From Patescibacteria group bacterium (GTDB lineage Bacteria > Patescibacteriota > Patescibacteriia > Patescibacteriales > UBA12465): 64,000 nucleotides of DNA. A program made the position numbers and the translations under genes. Shown in pieces: positions 38,249 through 47,773 of the stretch (its first letter is position 1; each line of letters opens with the position of its first letter). The notes under the pieces are model-generated. The model was not told the DNA's origin, did no database searches, and saw only the letters and a list, made by a program, of their open reading frames with translations. The stretch is from assembly GCA_041651195.1 (NCBI GenBank), contig JBAZJR010000003.1, forward strand, positions 82,441 through 146,440. Reading direction: 5' to 3'.

Positions 38249-39121
38249 ATGTTTTGGAATATTATAATCAATCTAATCTTCATTTTTTTGTTGGGAGGGA
38301 GCAGTCCGGCAGCCCGCCTTAATCCGGATTTTAATTTGATCGCTTTGAAGCCGGAGGCGCCGCGCCTAGAATTGGACGCGCCGCGCGGTGCGGTTTTGGC
38401 GGCTAGTGGCCGTTTTTTTCTCTTCGCTCGCAACGCCGATGAAGTCCAGCCGATCGCCAGCATTACCAAGCTCATGACCGCCCTGGTCTTCCTGGAGAAT
38501 AATCCAGGCTGGGATCAGGTTTATAAGATCACGCCGGCGGATGAGATTGAAGGCGGGCGCTGGCACCTATTCCGGGGCGAGCAGCTAACGATCAAGGATT
38601 TGTTTTATACCAGTCTGGTCGCCTCTGACAACGGCGCGACGATCGCCTTGGTCCACGCGAGCGGCTTGAGCGAAGCGGATTTTGTCGCGCGGATGAATGC
38701 TGAAGCGCGGCGCCTGGGCTTAGCCCGGACGAATTTCGCCGATCCGATCGGACTGAGCGACCGGAATGTTTCTACGGCGCGCGAAGTCGCTTTCCTGGCC
38801 CAAGCGGCACTTGGTATTCCGGAGATCAGCGAGGCGACGACGAGGAGCGCCTATCGTTTCACGACTTTAGACGGCCGAGAAAAATATATCGAGTCCACTG
38901 ATTATTTATTATTTGATCCGGCGCCGGAGACGCTTGAGGTCTTGGGCGGCAAGACCGGCTATACGGAAAAAGCGGGTTACTGTTTTGTCGGCCGTTTGCG
39001 GGATCAGGGCGGCCGGGAAGCAATCGCGGTCATCCTGAACGCGCGCGGCAAGAACGAGCGCTTCCGGGAAATTAAGAGTCTGGCTAATTGGGCCTTTAAT
39101 AGCTATAATTGGAAGAGGTAA
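38249..39121 (+). CDS. D-alanyl-D-alanine carboxypeptidase/endopeptidase, peptidase S11
   Basis: PIASITKLMTA (SxxK), SDN (SxN), KTGYT (KTG). Confidence 0.92.
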   Translation: MFWNIIINLIFIFLLGGSSPAARLNPDFNLIALKPEAPRLELDAPRGAVLAASGRFFLFARNADEVQPIASITKLMTALVFLENNPGWDQVYKITPADEIEGGRWHLFRGEQLTIKDLFYTSLVASDNGATIALVHASGLSEADFVARMNAEARRLGLARTNFADPIGLSDRNVSTAREVAFLAQAALGIPEISEATTRSAYRFTTLDGREKYIESTDYLLFDPAPETLEVLGGKTGYTEKAGYCFVGRLRDQGGREAIAVILNARGKNERFREIKSLANWAFNSYNWKR

Positions 39122-39145
39122 ATATCATTAATCTTAATCTCGGCT

Positions 39146-39628
39146 ATGTCTTATATCCGCCAATTCTATAATCAGTTTCGTTCCTATTTTTCCGCTAATT
39201 TTCCAAGAATTTTTTCAATATTTAACCGTTACAAGTCGGTAATAAAATTTATCGTCGCGGGTTGCTTTTCCGGCGGCACGGATCTGCTCCTCTTGTTTTT
39301 TTTCCATGGCCTCTTCGGTTTAGACATCGTCTGGTCGACCAGCCTAGCTTTCATCCTCGCTTTTCTAGTTAGCTTCACCCTGCAGAAGTTCTGGACTTTC
39401 CGTAATTATTCGCAAAGCAAGGCCTTCCACCAATTATTCCTGTACATCCTCAATGCCGCGCTCGGGCTCTATCTGAACGGGCTCCTGATGCATATCTTAG
39501 TCAATAAGTACGCTATCTGGTATATCTTATCGCAGATTATCGTAAACCTATCTTTGGCGATCTTGAATTTCGTAGTCTATAAATTCATTATTTTTAAGAT
39601 CGGTCACCATGAAACTGACAGTCAATAA
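39146..39628 (+). CDS. GtrA-family membrane protein
   Basis: IKFIVAG, SFTLQKFWTF, NFVVYKFIIF; about 4 TM. Confidence 0.85.
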   Translation: MSYIRQFYNQFRSYFSANFPRIFSIFNRYKSVIKFIVAGCFSGGTDLLLLFFFHGLFGLDIVWSTSLAFILAFLVSFTLQKFWTFRNYSQSKAFHQLFLYILNAALGLYLNGLLMHILVNKYAIWYILSQIIVNLSLAILNFVVYKFIIFKIGHHETDSQ

Positions 39629-39938
39629 AAGACAATTAGGCGAAGCGCCGGAGATGTGGCTGCGGCGGGCCGGTTATGGCTTGGTGCCGGATCGGGAGGC
39701 TGGCCAGATCAGTTTCGCCCGCCGGCTGAGCCGTGATTTTTATCCGCGCTTCCATATTTATTTTACGAGCGAGACTCAGGCGGACGGAGAGCTCGTCACT
39801 TTTAATCTGCACCTTGACCAGAAGCGCCCGGGCTACCAGGGCGTCAGCCGCCATAACGCTGAATATGACGGAGCGGTCGTCGAAGCGGAAATAGCGCGCT
39901 TGAAAAAATTCTTAATATCTGATATCTTTAACCCCTAA
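39609..39938 (+). CDS. Hypothetical protein
   Basis: 109 aa overlapping gtrA and abutting dnaG; YPRFHIY, LHLDQK motifs. Confidence 0.7.
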   Translation: MKLTVNKRQLGEAPEMWLRRAGYGLVPDREAGQISFARRLSRDFYPRFHIYFTSETQADGELVTFNLHLDQKRPGYQGVSRHNAEYDGAVVEAEIARLKKFLISDIFNP

Positions 39939-39939
39939 T

Positions 39940-41739
39940 ATGGGCCAAGCAGAAGAGATAAAATCTAAGCTGGATATCGTGGAGGTGATCCGCGAATATG
40001 TGCCGGTCAAGGCGGTTGGCGCGAATTTTCAGGCGCTTTGTCCTTTCCATAACGAAAAGACGGCGTCTTTTGTCATTTCGCCGGAAAAGCAGATTTGGCA
40101 TTGTTTCGGCTGCGGCCGCGGCGGCGACGTTTTCGCTTTCGTGATGGAAAAAGAAGCTTTGGGTTTTATGGAAGCTTTGCGCCTCTTGGCGCCGAAAGCC
40201 GGCGTTGTCTTGAAGCATGAGAACCAGCAGGATTATTCCGAACGCAACCGCCTTTTGGATATCCTGGAACTGGCCGGCAAATATTATGCCCATCTCCTGG
40301 GGACGCCGACCGGGCAAGCCGCCCGCGCCTATCTGGCTCAGCGCGGCCTGACAACGGAAATCATCAATGATTGGCAGCTGGGCTATAGTCCGGATGCCTG
40401 GGATAATTTATATCAATTCTTGAAAGCCCGGCCTTTAAGCGGCAAGAAATATACGGATGAGGAAATTTTTGCCGCCGGACTAATTATCAAGAAAGAGGGC
40501 GGCCGCGGCTATTATGACCGTTTTCGCGATCGGATCATGTTTCCGATCTGGGACGCCAATAATAATATCATTGCTTTTACCGCCCGCGTTAACCCGGCCA
40601 AAGAGAAGACCGAGAAGATGGGTAAATACATCAACAGCCCTCAGACCAAAGTTTATGACAAGAGCCGCGCGCTCTTCGCCCTGAATAAGGCGAAAGCCGC
40701 TATCCGCGAGGCGGATCTAGCGATTGTCGTGGAGGGCCAGATGGACGCTATTGCCTGCCATCAGCATGATTTTAAGAATGTCGTGGCTTCTTCCGGCACG
40801 GCGCTCACGACCGAACAGGTAGCGCTCATCAAGCGTTTTACCAATAATGTCGCCTTGCTCTTCGATATGGACGCGGCCGGTCAATTAGCCGCGGATCGGG
40901 GTATCAAGGAAGTCCTGGCGCAAGAGATGAACCTAAAAATAATCGTCCTAGGTTCCGGCAAGGATCCGGATGAATGCCTGCGTAACGATCCGGACGATTT
41001 CCGGGCGGCCGTAGCGCAAGCTAAGCCGATGTTAGATTATTATTTTACCAAGATCAGCGCGGGCCTGGACCTAGAAGTACTGGATAATAAGCGTTCCGTC
41101 CGCGATCAGATGTTCGCGATGATCAACCTGGTAGCCAATAAGAGCGAGCAGGGCTATTGGCTGAAGAAGATCAGCGAGGATTTAAGCTTCTTTGAAGCTG
41201 ATATCCGGGAAGAATTCTTGAAGTGGCAGAGCAAGCACGGCGTATTAAAGGGCAAGGAAGCGGCTCCGGCCGAGAAAATTTTGGATCAAGCGCCGGAAAG
41301 CAGCCGCGAAGATAAGCTAGCCGAGCTCCTCTTAGCTCTCCTCGTCAAATTTCCGGAATTTATAAATTATAGTGTCAGCAACCTGGAGCCAGAATATCTT
41401 CCCGCTGATTTCGCCAGGTTTTACAAGGGTTTCATAATCTATTATAATAAGACTGCCGCCTTAGATTATGAGAATTTCCGGGCGTATCTGGCCGAGCAGG
41501 GAGGCGGCGACGAAAAATTATTGGATAAGCTGATCCTTTTAGGCGAAAAGGATTTTTATAATTTTGAGCAGCCGCAGATCAAGGCGGAAATCGTCGGGAT
41601 CATCAGTGAGCTGAAGAAATACGGCCGCAAAGCCCGGATCCAGAAGATCCAGCGCGCTATCGCCGCGGCGGAAAAGACAGGTCAGACAGCCGAGATTGAT
41701 CGGCTGATGAATGAATTGAAAGACTTAATGGTCCTATAA
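39940..41739 (+). CDS. dnaG: DNA primase
   Basis: [14 protein letters not shown] zinc finger, [30 protein letters not shown]. Confidence 0.98.
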   Translation: MGQAEEIKSKLDIVEVIREYVPVKAVGANFQALCPFHNEKTASFVISPEKQIWHCFGCGRGGDVFAFVMEKEALGFMEALRLLAPKAGVVLKHENQQDYSERNRLLDILELAGKYYAHLLGTPTGQAARAYLAQRGLTTEIINDWQLGYSPDAWDNLYQFLKARPLSGKKYTDEEIFAAGLIIKKEGGRGYYDRFRDRIMFPIWDANNNIIAFTARVNPAKEKTEKMGKYINSPQTKVYDKSRALFALNKAKAAIREADLAIVVEGQMDAIACHQHDFKNVVASSGTALTTEQVALIKRFTNNVALLFDMDAAGQLAADRGIKEVLAQEMNLKIIVLGSGKDPDECLRNDPDDFRAAVAQAKPMLDYYFTKISAGLDLEVLDNKRSVRDQMFAMINLVANKSEQGYWLKKISEDLSFFEADIREEFLKWQSKHGVLKGKEAAPAEKILDQAPESSREDKLAELLLALLVKFPEFINYSVSNLEPEYLPADFARFYKGFIIYYNKTAALDYENFRAYLAEQGGGDEKLLDKLILLGEKDFYNFEQPQIKAEIVGIISELKKYGRKARIQKIQRAIAAAEKTGQTAEIDRLMNELKDLMVL

Positions 41740-41743
41740 TCTT

Positions 41744-43036
41744 ATGGCAAAAAAATTTTTAAAAAAAATTAAGAAGCATAGCGCGGCGCGTCCGGCCAAA
41801 GCGGTTGCTTCGAGCCGTCCAAAAAAGAGCCAGGGCAGTAAAACAGCTAAGGGCAAGCGGAAGAATAGCCAGAAGAATAAGACCCATCTGATCCGCGGCG
41901 TGAAGATCGCGCGCGCGCGCGAAGAGCGCCAGGCCGTCAAACCGACCGAGGAGCAGATCAGGAAACTGATCGATAAGGGAAGGTTGCGCGGTTTCGTGAC
42001 CGAAACCGAGCTCTTATACCTTTTCCCGGAAGTGGAAGAATATGTCTATGAATTTGATGTCTTTTTGGGCGATCTCCAGAAGAGCGGCGTCCGGATCATG
42101 GAAGACTCCGGCCGGATCTTGGATACGGCGGAGAAGAAAGCGCAGGAGCCGCCCCTGACCGGCAAGGCCCTCGCGCATCAGAACGCTCTGAACATCGACC
42201 TGTCGAAACTGAGCGCCGACTCCATTCAGATGTATCTGAAAGAGATCGGCAAGGTGCCGCTTTTAAGCGGCGATGAAGAAGTCGAGCTTGCCAAGCGCAA
42301 AGAGAAGGGCGACAAGGAGGCGGAGCGGCGGATTATTGAAGCTAATCTGCGCCTAGTCGTTTCGATCGCTAAGAAATTCGCCGGCGCCAAAGGCATGAGT
42401 CTCTTAGACCTGATCCAGGAAGGGAATATCGGCTTGTTCCGGGCCGTTGAGAAGTTCGAATACCGCAAAGGCTTTAAGTTCTCTACCTACGCGACCTGGT
42501 GGATCCGCCAGGCGATCACCCGCGCTTTAGCCGACCAGTCGCGGACTATCCGTATTCCGGTCCATATGGTGGAAAATATCAATAAATTCCAGCAGGTCCA
42601 GCGCAATCTGATCCAAGAGTTGGGCCGCGAGCCTTTAGCCGAAGAGATCGCCTCAGAGATGGGCGAGCCCTTAGAAAAGGTCCGCTATATCATGAAGATT
42701 TCCCAGGACACGATTTCTTTAGAGACGACGATCGGCGATGACGGCGAAGACTCTACCCTGGAAGACTTTATCGAGGATGTGAAGAACGTGACGCCGGATC
42801 GCGCTGCCGCCCTGCAGCTCCTGAGAGATTATGTGAAGAATATCGTCGCCCAGCTCTCGCCGCGCGAACAGAAGATTCTGGAGATGCGCTTCGGGCTGGT
42901 AGATGGCGTCGCCCATACCTTAGAAGAAGTCGGCCAGGAATTCGAGGTCACCCGCGAGCGTATCCGCCAGATCGAGTCCAAGGCCTTGGAGAAGATACGG
43001 AAGTTCAAGGGTTTGGAGAAATTGAGGGATTACTAA
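41744..43036 (+). CDS. rpoD: RNA polymerase primary sigma factor
   Basis: [35 protein letters not shown]. Confidence 0.98.
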   Translation: MAKKFLKKIKKHSAARPAKAVASSRPKKSQGSKTAKGKRKNSQKNKTHLIRGVKIARAREERQAVKPTEEQIRKLIDKGRLRGFVTETELLYLFPEVEEYVYEFDVFLGDLQKSGVRIMEDSGRILDTAEKKAQEPPLTGKALAHQNALNIDLSKLSADSIQMYLKEIGKVPLLSGDEEVELAKRKEKGDKEAERRIIEANLRLVVSIAKKFAGAKGMSLLDLIQEGNIGLFRAVEKFEYRKGFKFSTYATWWIRQAITRALADQSRTIRIPVHMVENINKFQQVQRNLIQELGREPLAEEIASEMGEPLEKVRYIMKISQDTISLETTIGDDGEDSTLEDFIEDVKNVTPDRAAALQLLRDYVKNIVAQLSPREQKILEMRFGLVDGVAHTLEEVGQEFEVTRERIRQIESKALEKIRKFKGLEKLRDY

Positions 43037-43037
43037 T

Positions 43038-44054
43038 ATGAAGCCGACGGTAGTCTTTTCCAAACATTATACCCGAGATACCTCTCTCATTATCCAACAA
43101 TTCTGGCTGGAGAGTCTGAGCCAGGGCGTCAGGAGATTAGGTATCAATATTAGGCAGCCAGTAGGAGTTGATTTTGTAAATAACGGCGTCATTGAAATCT
43201 GGGAGGACCGAATAACTATCCGACAGATCAAATCAGGATTAGTAGATTTTTGCCGACAAGAGCCGCAGCAGGCCCTTGCTTTATTAAAGAGATATCAGGC
43301 GGGGCTCAAAGACTTGCAATCTGTCTGGCGCCGCGGCTATCTGGAAAATTTAAATACTTTTAATCAATATTTAGCCGAGGTCAGGAGCTTAGTAATCGGC
43401 GATCTGTTTATTGCTTTCATGGGTCCGGAGGAACGTGTAAAAGGTAGAGTTAAGGCAGTCGCCCTGCGTCTGAGGAGCGAGGACCATTTCTTTGCTTATA
43501 ATAATCGAGTAATGATGGCAACTTTGCACCGTCTCTTCCCGCATTTGAAATCTTATGTGAATGTTTTGCGCCTTGAAGATCTTGATAAGCCACCGACATT
43601 AGCCGAGTGCCGCCGCCGTTTCCAGAAATTCATCTCAGCGCCGGACGGTTACCATAAGATCCAGAGCCTAGCTGCTTATGCTCGGAGCCGCGGCTATATC
43701 CTAGCTAAAGATGAACCGGAAAGAATAAAAGGCGGATTGCTTGGCCGTACGGCGATGCCAGGACAGGCTAAGGGTCGGGCCAAATTAGTATTTTCTGTTC
43801 GGGATTCTTTCAAAGTCAGGCGCGGAGACATCATTATTTCCCCGATGACTACGCCTGAGATGTTACTGGCTATGAAGAAGGCGGCAGCGATAGTGACGGA
43901 TGAGGGTGGCGTTATCTGCCATGCGGCGATAGTCGCCAGGGAGATGAAGAAACCCTGCCTGATAGCGACCAGGACTGCGACTAAGGTCTTTAAAGATAAT
44001 GAACTGATCATGGTCGATGCCGGAGCCGGGACAGTCCGGAGGGTCGGTAAATAG
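43038..44054 (+). CDS. Protein with C-terminal PEP-utilising enzyme mobile (phospho-His) domain
   Basis: PMTTPE...AAAIVTDEGGVICHAAIVAREMKKPC. Confidence 0.82.
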   Translation: MKPTVVFSKHYTRDTSLIIQQFWLESLSQGVRRLGINIRQPVGVDFVNNGVIEIWEDRITIRQIKSGLVDFCRQEPQQALALLKRYQAGLKDLQSVWRRGYLENLNTFNQYLAEVRSLVIGDLFIAFMGPEERVKGRVKAVALRLRSEDHFFAYNNRVMMATLHRLFPHLKSYVNVLRLEDLDKPPTLAECRRRFQKFISAPDGYHKIQSLAAYARSRGYILAKDEPERIKGGLLGRTAMPGQAKGRAKLVFSVRDSFKVRRGDIIISPMTTPEMLLAMKKAAAIVTDEGGVICHAAIVAREMKKPCLIATRTATKVFKDNELIMVDAGAGTVRRVGK

Positions 44055-44093
44055 CTGATTATATAGGAAGAACTAAGGGACGGAGGGCAGTTA

Positions 44094-44121
44094 TTGACAT
44101 AATAGGGTGATTTGCTATCAT
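44094..44121 (+). promoter_or_regulatory. tRNA promoter
   Basis: TTGACA-16bp-TATCAT with TGn. Confidence 0.55.
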
Positions 44122-44194
44122 ATTAGTAAATATTTCGTTGAAATATTTTGTTTTTTAGAGAGCGCCGTTGGGCGCTCAAGAGACAATTTAATAT

Positions 44195-44266
44195 TCCCGG
44201 GTAGCGCAGCGGTAGCGCAGTTGGCTGTTAACCAATTGGTCGTCGGTTCGAATCCGACCCCGGGAG
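44195..44266 (+). tRNA. tRNA-Asn (GTT), CCA not encoded
   Basis: Acceptor TCCCGGG/CCCGGGA, anticodon loop CT-GTT-AA (44227-44229), T-loop GGTTCGAATCC. Confidence 0.96.
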
Positions 44267-44267
44267 C
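44247..44267 (+). repeat. attL core (tRNA 3' end)
   Basis: Identical to 51422..51442. Confidence 0.92.
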
Positions 44268-44270
44268 ATA

Positions 44271-44304
44271 GAAAAGACGAGAGTAAAATCTCGTTTTTTC
44301 TTTT
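44271..44304. terminator. Terminator between tRNA and integrase
   Basis: GAAAAGACGAGA-gtaaaa-TCTCGTTTTTTC. Confidence 0.6.
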
Positions 44305-44306
44305 GT

Positions 44307-45419
44307 TCACGGGCGTATTTCTCGTTTTGACCAATCGGAATTTTGAACCCCCAAATTCTCGATTGTGACGCTATTGTGCCGTAAGTTTATAACTTGTGGC
44401 GTTTCTAACACTTTTATTGCGTCTCTTAAAGTGTGTTGTCCTAAATGCGCATAACGCATAGTCGTTCTAATGTCCGAGTGACCCATTAACTCTTTTATAG
44501 CGGTCATAGAGACCCCTTTCTCGGCTAATCGGGAGGCAAAGGTATGTCTGAGCTTATGCCAACCGATTTGGCGTAATTTTGCCTTATCACAAATCATGTG
44601 AATATTTGTCCGAGAGCATTCCGGTCGAAATCTTAATCCGTCCGGGCCTTTCAAAACAAAACCCTCTTTCGGCGATAAAGCGATTAGGTGATTATACAGG
44701 TCTTGCGTCATGGGAATATATCTAATCTTATTGCCTTTAGTCGAGCCTAAAACTCCGACCGAGAAATTGTCTTTGACTATAACTTGCTTTTTAAGGAAAT
44801 CAATCTTTTCCCAATTTAAGGCCATGAGTTCGCCGATACGCATTCCGGTATGTAGAGCCAAGAGAATCGCTGTCTTATAAGGCTCGGAAGCGGTCGCCAG
44901 TAAGCGATTAGCCTCTTCCTCGTTTAAGTAATCAAACTCTTCCGGGTCAGAGCGCAGAGGTCGAATTATTGGCACTTTATCTAGTTCGCCCCATTCGACA
45001 GCCGTTTTAAGACATTTCGCTAAAGTTCCCATTTGGCCGTTAATAGTTTTAGGCTTTAACCTTTTTAATTGCAGAGCTTTAAACTCTTCAATATCGAGGC
45101 TAGAAATCTCGTCTAATCTTTTTTTGCCGAAGAACGGCAAGAGGCATGATCTTAGATAAGTCTTTTTATTCTTAATTTCCGAGGGCTTATTATTAACTTC
45201 GACATACGACTTAACCCATTTTTCGGAAAATTCTTTGAGGGTTAAACATTTCCTTTTTTCTTTCGGAAATAAATCTTCGCCCCTGGTTAGCCGTTGCCTT
45301 AAAACCGCTTCATAAAATTGAGCCCCGGATCGAGTATTGGTTGGACTCGGTAGGCGGTATCTTCGCGCCTTAAAGCTGAAGTCCACCCACCATTTATTTG
45401 CACGCTTGATTGCACTCAT
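44307..45419 (-). CDS. Tyrosine recombinase / phage-type integrase
   Basis: TGMRIGEL, STK, HKLRHTFAS, LMGHSDIRTTMRYAH; ATG at 45419 preferred (MSAIKRANKWWVDF). Confidence 0.95.
   Translation of the reverse strand: MSAIKRANKWWVDFSFKARRYRLPSPTNTRSGAQFYEAVLRQRLTRGEDLFPKEKRKCLTLKEFSEKWVKSYVEVNNKPSEIKNKKTYLRSCLLPFFGKKRLDEISSLDIEEFKALQLKRLKPKTINGQMGTLAKCLKTAVEWGELDKVPIIRPLRSDPEEFDYLNEEEANRLLATASEPYKTAILLALHTGMRIGELMALNWEKIDFLKKQVIVKDNFSVGVLGSTKGNKIRYIPMTQDLYNHLIALSPKEGFVLKGPDGLRFRPECSRTNIHMICDKAKLRQIGWHKLRHTFASRLAEKGVSMTAIKELMGHSDIRTTMRYAHLGQHTLRDAIKVLETPQVINLRHNSVTIENLGVQNSDWSKREIRP
44363..44378 (+). repeat. Putative integrase arm-type site, left
   Basis: TTGTGACGCTATTGTG identical to 51282..51297. 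Confidence 0.6.
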
Positions 45420-45507
45420 AAATAATTTACTTAAATTTTTAAGGAGCAATACAAGAGCGCGGGGGTTCGCGTCAATTATTATTACTTTATCACAGGCTCT
45501 TAATTGC

Positions 45508-45772
45508 TGTCTATTTTAGGAATTATCTTGAAAATAGACACTTTGGTTCTTAAGTGTGCATATAATCAAGTTAATGATGTATATATTATTAAATTAGGAT
45601 TAGACCTTGCTTAGCCAAGCGTTAGGTCTAATGTTTATCCGATCGCGTTTTTCTTTTTTCGGCTCGCTAGCAGAGCTCGCCGAAAAAAAGAAAAAAAGCG
45701 CGTGCCGGAATAAACTATTAATAATCTAACCGATTGGGCTTGACCAAAATCTACGTAAAGATTTAGGTCAAG
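45508..45772. repeat. Cluster of four inverted repeats in the element's non-coding region
   Basis: Stems at 45508-45540, 45599-45632, 45644-45702 and 45739-45772. Confidence 0.6.
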
Positions 45773-46024
45773 AAATTAGCCTTATTATTTCTAATCCTAG
45801 CAAATCAAAGTTACCGAAAGTTACGGGTAAAATTTAGGGTAAGAAAACGAGCTTATTTAATCTAATATTAAACAATCGAACTTTGACCATCTTCGGTCGA
45901 AAGAACGGTCAAAGAATTAGCTGTATTCTATTTGATGTTAGCAAAACAGGTTTGGATAAAATTTGGCTAAAGGTTTGGTCTAAGTTTTTTAATAAAAATC
46001 CAATAAAATTCTACAATATTAAAA

Positions 46025-46056
46025 TAAACGTAAATGCACGTGCAGATTTACGTTTA
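46025..46056. promoter_or_regulatory. Near-perfect 32-bp palindrome, possible operator
   Basis: TAAACGTAAAT-gcacgtgcag-ATTTACGTTTA. Confidence 0.5.
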
Positions 46057-46086
46057 GTTTTTAGGCTTATTTTTGATCTAATTTTT

Positions 46087-46115
46087 TTGACTTTTGAGAT
46101 CCTGGGTGGTATATT
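46087..46115 (+). promoter_or_regulatory. Promoter of the cargo operon
   Basis: TTGACT-17bp-TATATT with TGn. Confidence 0.6.
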
Positions 46116-46225
46116 TTAAGTATATTTTTAGTGTTATCAGGGGCATGTCAATGCCTATTTCGAGGGATTAGTTCTAATTGGTTTGTTGATCGAAATAAAA
46201 TTAGCAAAAAGAATTCTTAAATTAT

Positions 46226-47758
46226 ATGAAAAAACAAACACTATCAAATGAGGCAACCGTAGTGAAGGCTTTAAAAGTCAATCAATGGCTTGATGTTTGG
46301 AAATCGGTTGATTTTGCTAAAAAAAATCATCGCAGAGAACCTGAAAAATGTTTTTACATTTTTTCATTATCTGCCAGACAGTTGCGCTCTTTGTCTGGAG
46401 TAAATCGTAGAGACGTAAAAGATGGGGTAAAAAGATCTCGCGATTTAGGAATACAGCGAGCTCATGAGCAATCTCGTTCTAGGAATATTGCTGAGTATAT
46501 TAAATATGGTTACCCATGGTCAGATTTAAGTAAATCTCAACGTGAAGATATTAGATTTAATGATCTCCGCAAACCAGGTTGGTTGCCAACTGCTATTGTG
46601 GTAAATATATTAACAAAAGATGACAGACGTAATGGGTTAGGTGTTGCGTCAAAGGATTTAATAACTATAAATAATAATGATAATAATGAATTTGTAGAAA
46701 TTAAAATACCAATGTCAAAGAGTAATAAGAAGTGGATCTCTGAGCAGGTTTTACCCCTAGAAGTTATTGATGGCCAACATAGATTACTGGCCTTTGATGA
46801 AAATATCGATGAAGATTATGAATTGCCGGTTGTTGCTTTTTATGGTTTAGATTTGAGCTGGCAAGCATATTTATTTTGGACTATAAATATAAAACCAAAA
46901 AGAATTAATCCCAGTCTTGCTTTTGATTTATATCCTCTTTTACGCACTGAAGATTGGTTAGATAGATTTGAAGGACATAAAGTTTATCGAGAAGCAAGGG
47001 CTCAAGAAATAGTAGAATCACTATGGTCTGAACCAATGAGTGCTTGGTATCATCGTATAAATATGTTAGGAGAAAGCGGGATTGCTTCCGTCACTCAGGC
47101 AGCCTGGATAAGAGCATTACTAAAAACATATATTAAAACTTCCGAAGGTAGAGGGGTAACTATAGGGGGTTTATTTGGGGCTCCGGCTGGTCACGATGAA
47201 ATGACTATACCTTGGAATCGTAGTCAACAGACCGCTTTATTAATTTATCTTTGGAATTCCATAGAAAAATTTACTAAAGAAACGTCGGCACTATGGACAA
47301 AAAAAATAAGAGCAACTGAATACAAACGTAAAATAAAAGGTGATCCAGCATTTTCTGGGCCGCATACACTTTTAAATAATGATCAAGGTATTTCAGTTGT
47401 TCTTAATATTTCAAATGACCTATTATTTTTAAATGCGGAAACGCTACAGCTTAAAAAATGGCGAGTTAGTCAAGAGTTTGGAGTATCAGAGGCCCTTGAA
47501 GATTTAATTAAAAAACAAAAAGATATTATTTTGTTTGTGAATAAAATTGCAAAAGCATTTACAACTTTTGACTGGAGATCTTCTGGGGCGGAAAAACTTA
47601 CAGACTCCGAAAGAACTCTTAAACTTTCATTTCGCGGCGGTAGCGGCTACAGAGAGTTTAGACGATTATTGCTTAAACATTTAATGAAAAATAGCGATTT
47701 AGCCGCCGACGCAAAGACAATTTTCAATAATCTTGGATTTGAGGAAGACTCTAATTGA
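46226..47758 (+). CDS. DGQHR-domain protein (DndB/DpdB-related, ParB-like fold)
   Basis: GIQR, LPTAIVVN, VIDGQHRL, FWTINIKPKRIN. Confidence 0.9.
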   Translation: MKKQTLSNEATVVKALKVNQWLDVWKSVDFAKKNHRREPEKCFYIFSLSARQLRSLSGVNRRDVKDGVKRSRDLGIQRAHEQSRSRNIAEYIKYGYPWSDLSKSQREDIRFNDLRKPGWLPTAIVVNILTKDDRRNGLGVASKDLITINNNDNNEFVEIKIPMSKSNKKWISEQVLPLEVIDGQHRLLAFDENIDEDYELPVVAFYGLDLSWQAYLFWTINIKPKRINPSLAFDLYPLLRTEDWLDRFEGHKVYREARAQEIVESLWSEPMSAWYHRINMLGESGIASVTQAAWIRALLKTYIKTSEGRGVTIGGLFGAPAGHDEMTIPWNRSQQTALLIYLWNSIEKFTKETSALWTKKIRATEYKRKIKGDPAFSGPHTLLNNDQGISVVLNISNDLLFLNAETLQLKKWRVSQEFGVSEALEDLIKKQKDIILFVNKIAKAFTTFDWRSSGAEKLTDSERTLKLSFRGGSGYREFRRLLLKHLMKNSDLAADAKTIFNNLGFEEDSN

Positions 47759-47773
47759 TATATATACAACATA

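Noticed and set aside
45883-46119. 78-aa ORF as a possible excisionase
   Set aside because: TTG start, no HTH-like pattern, overlaps the palindrome and cargo promoter
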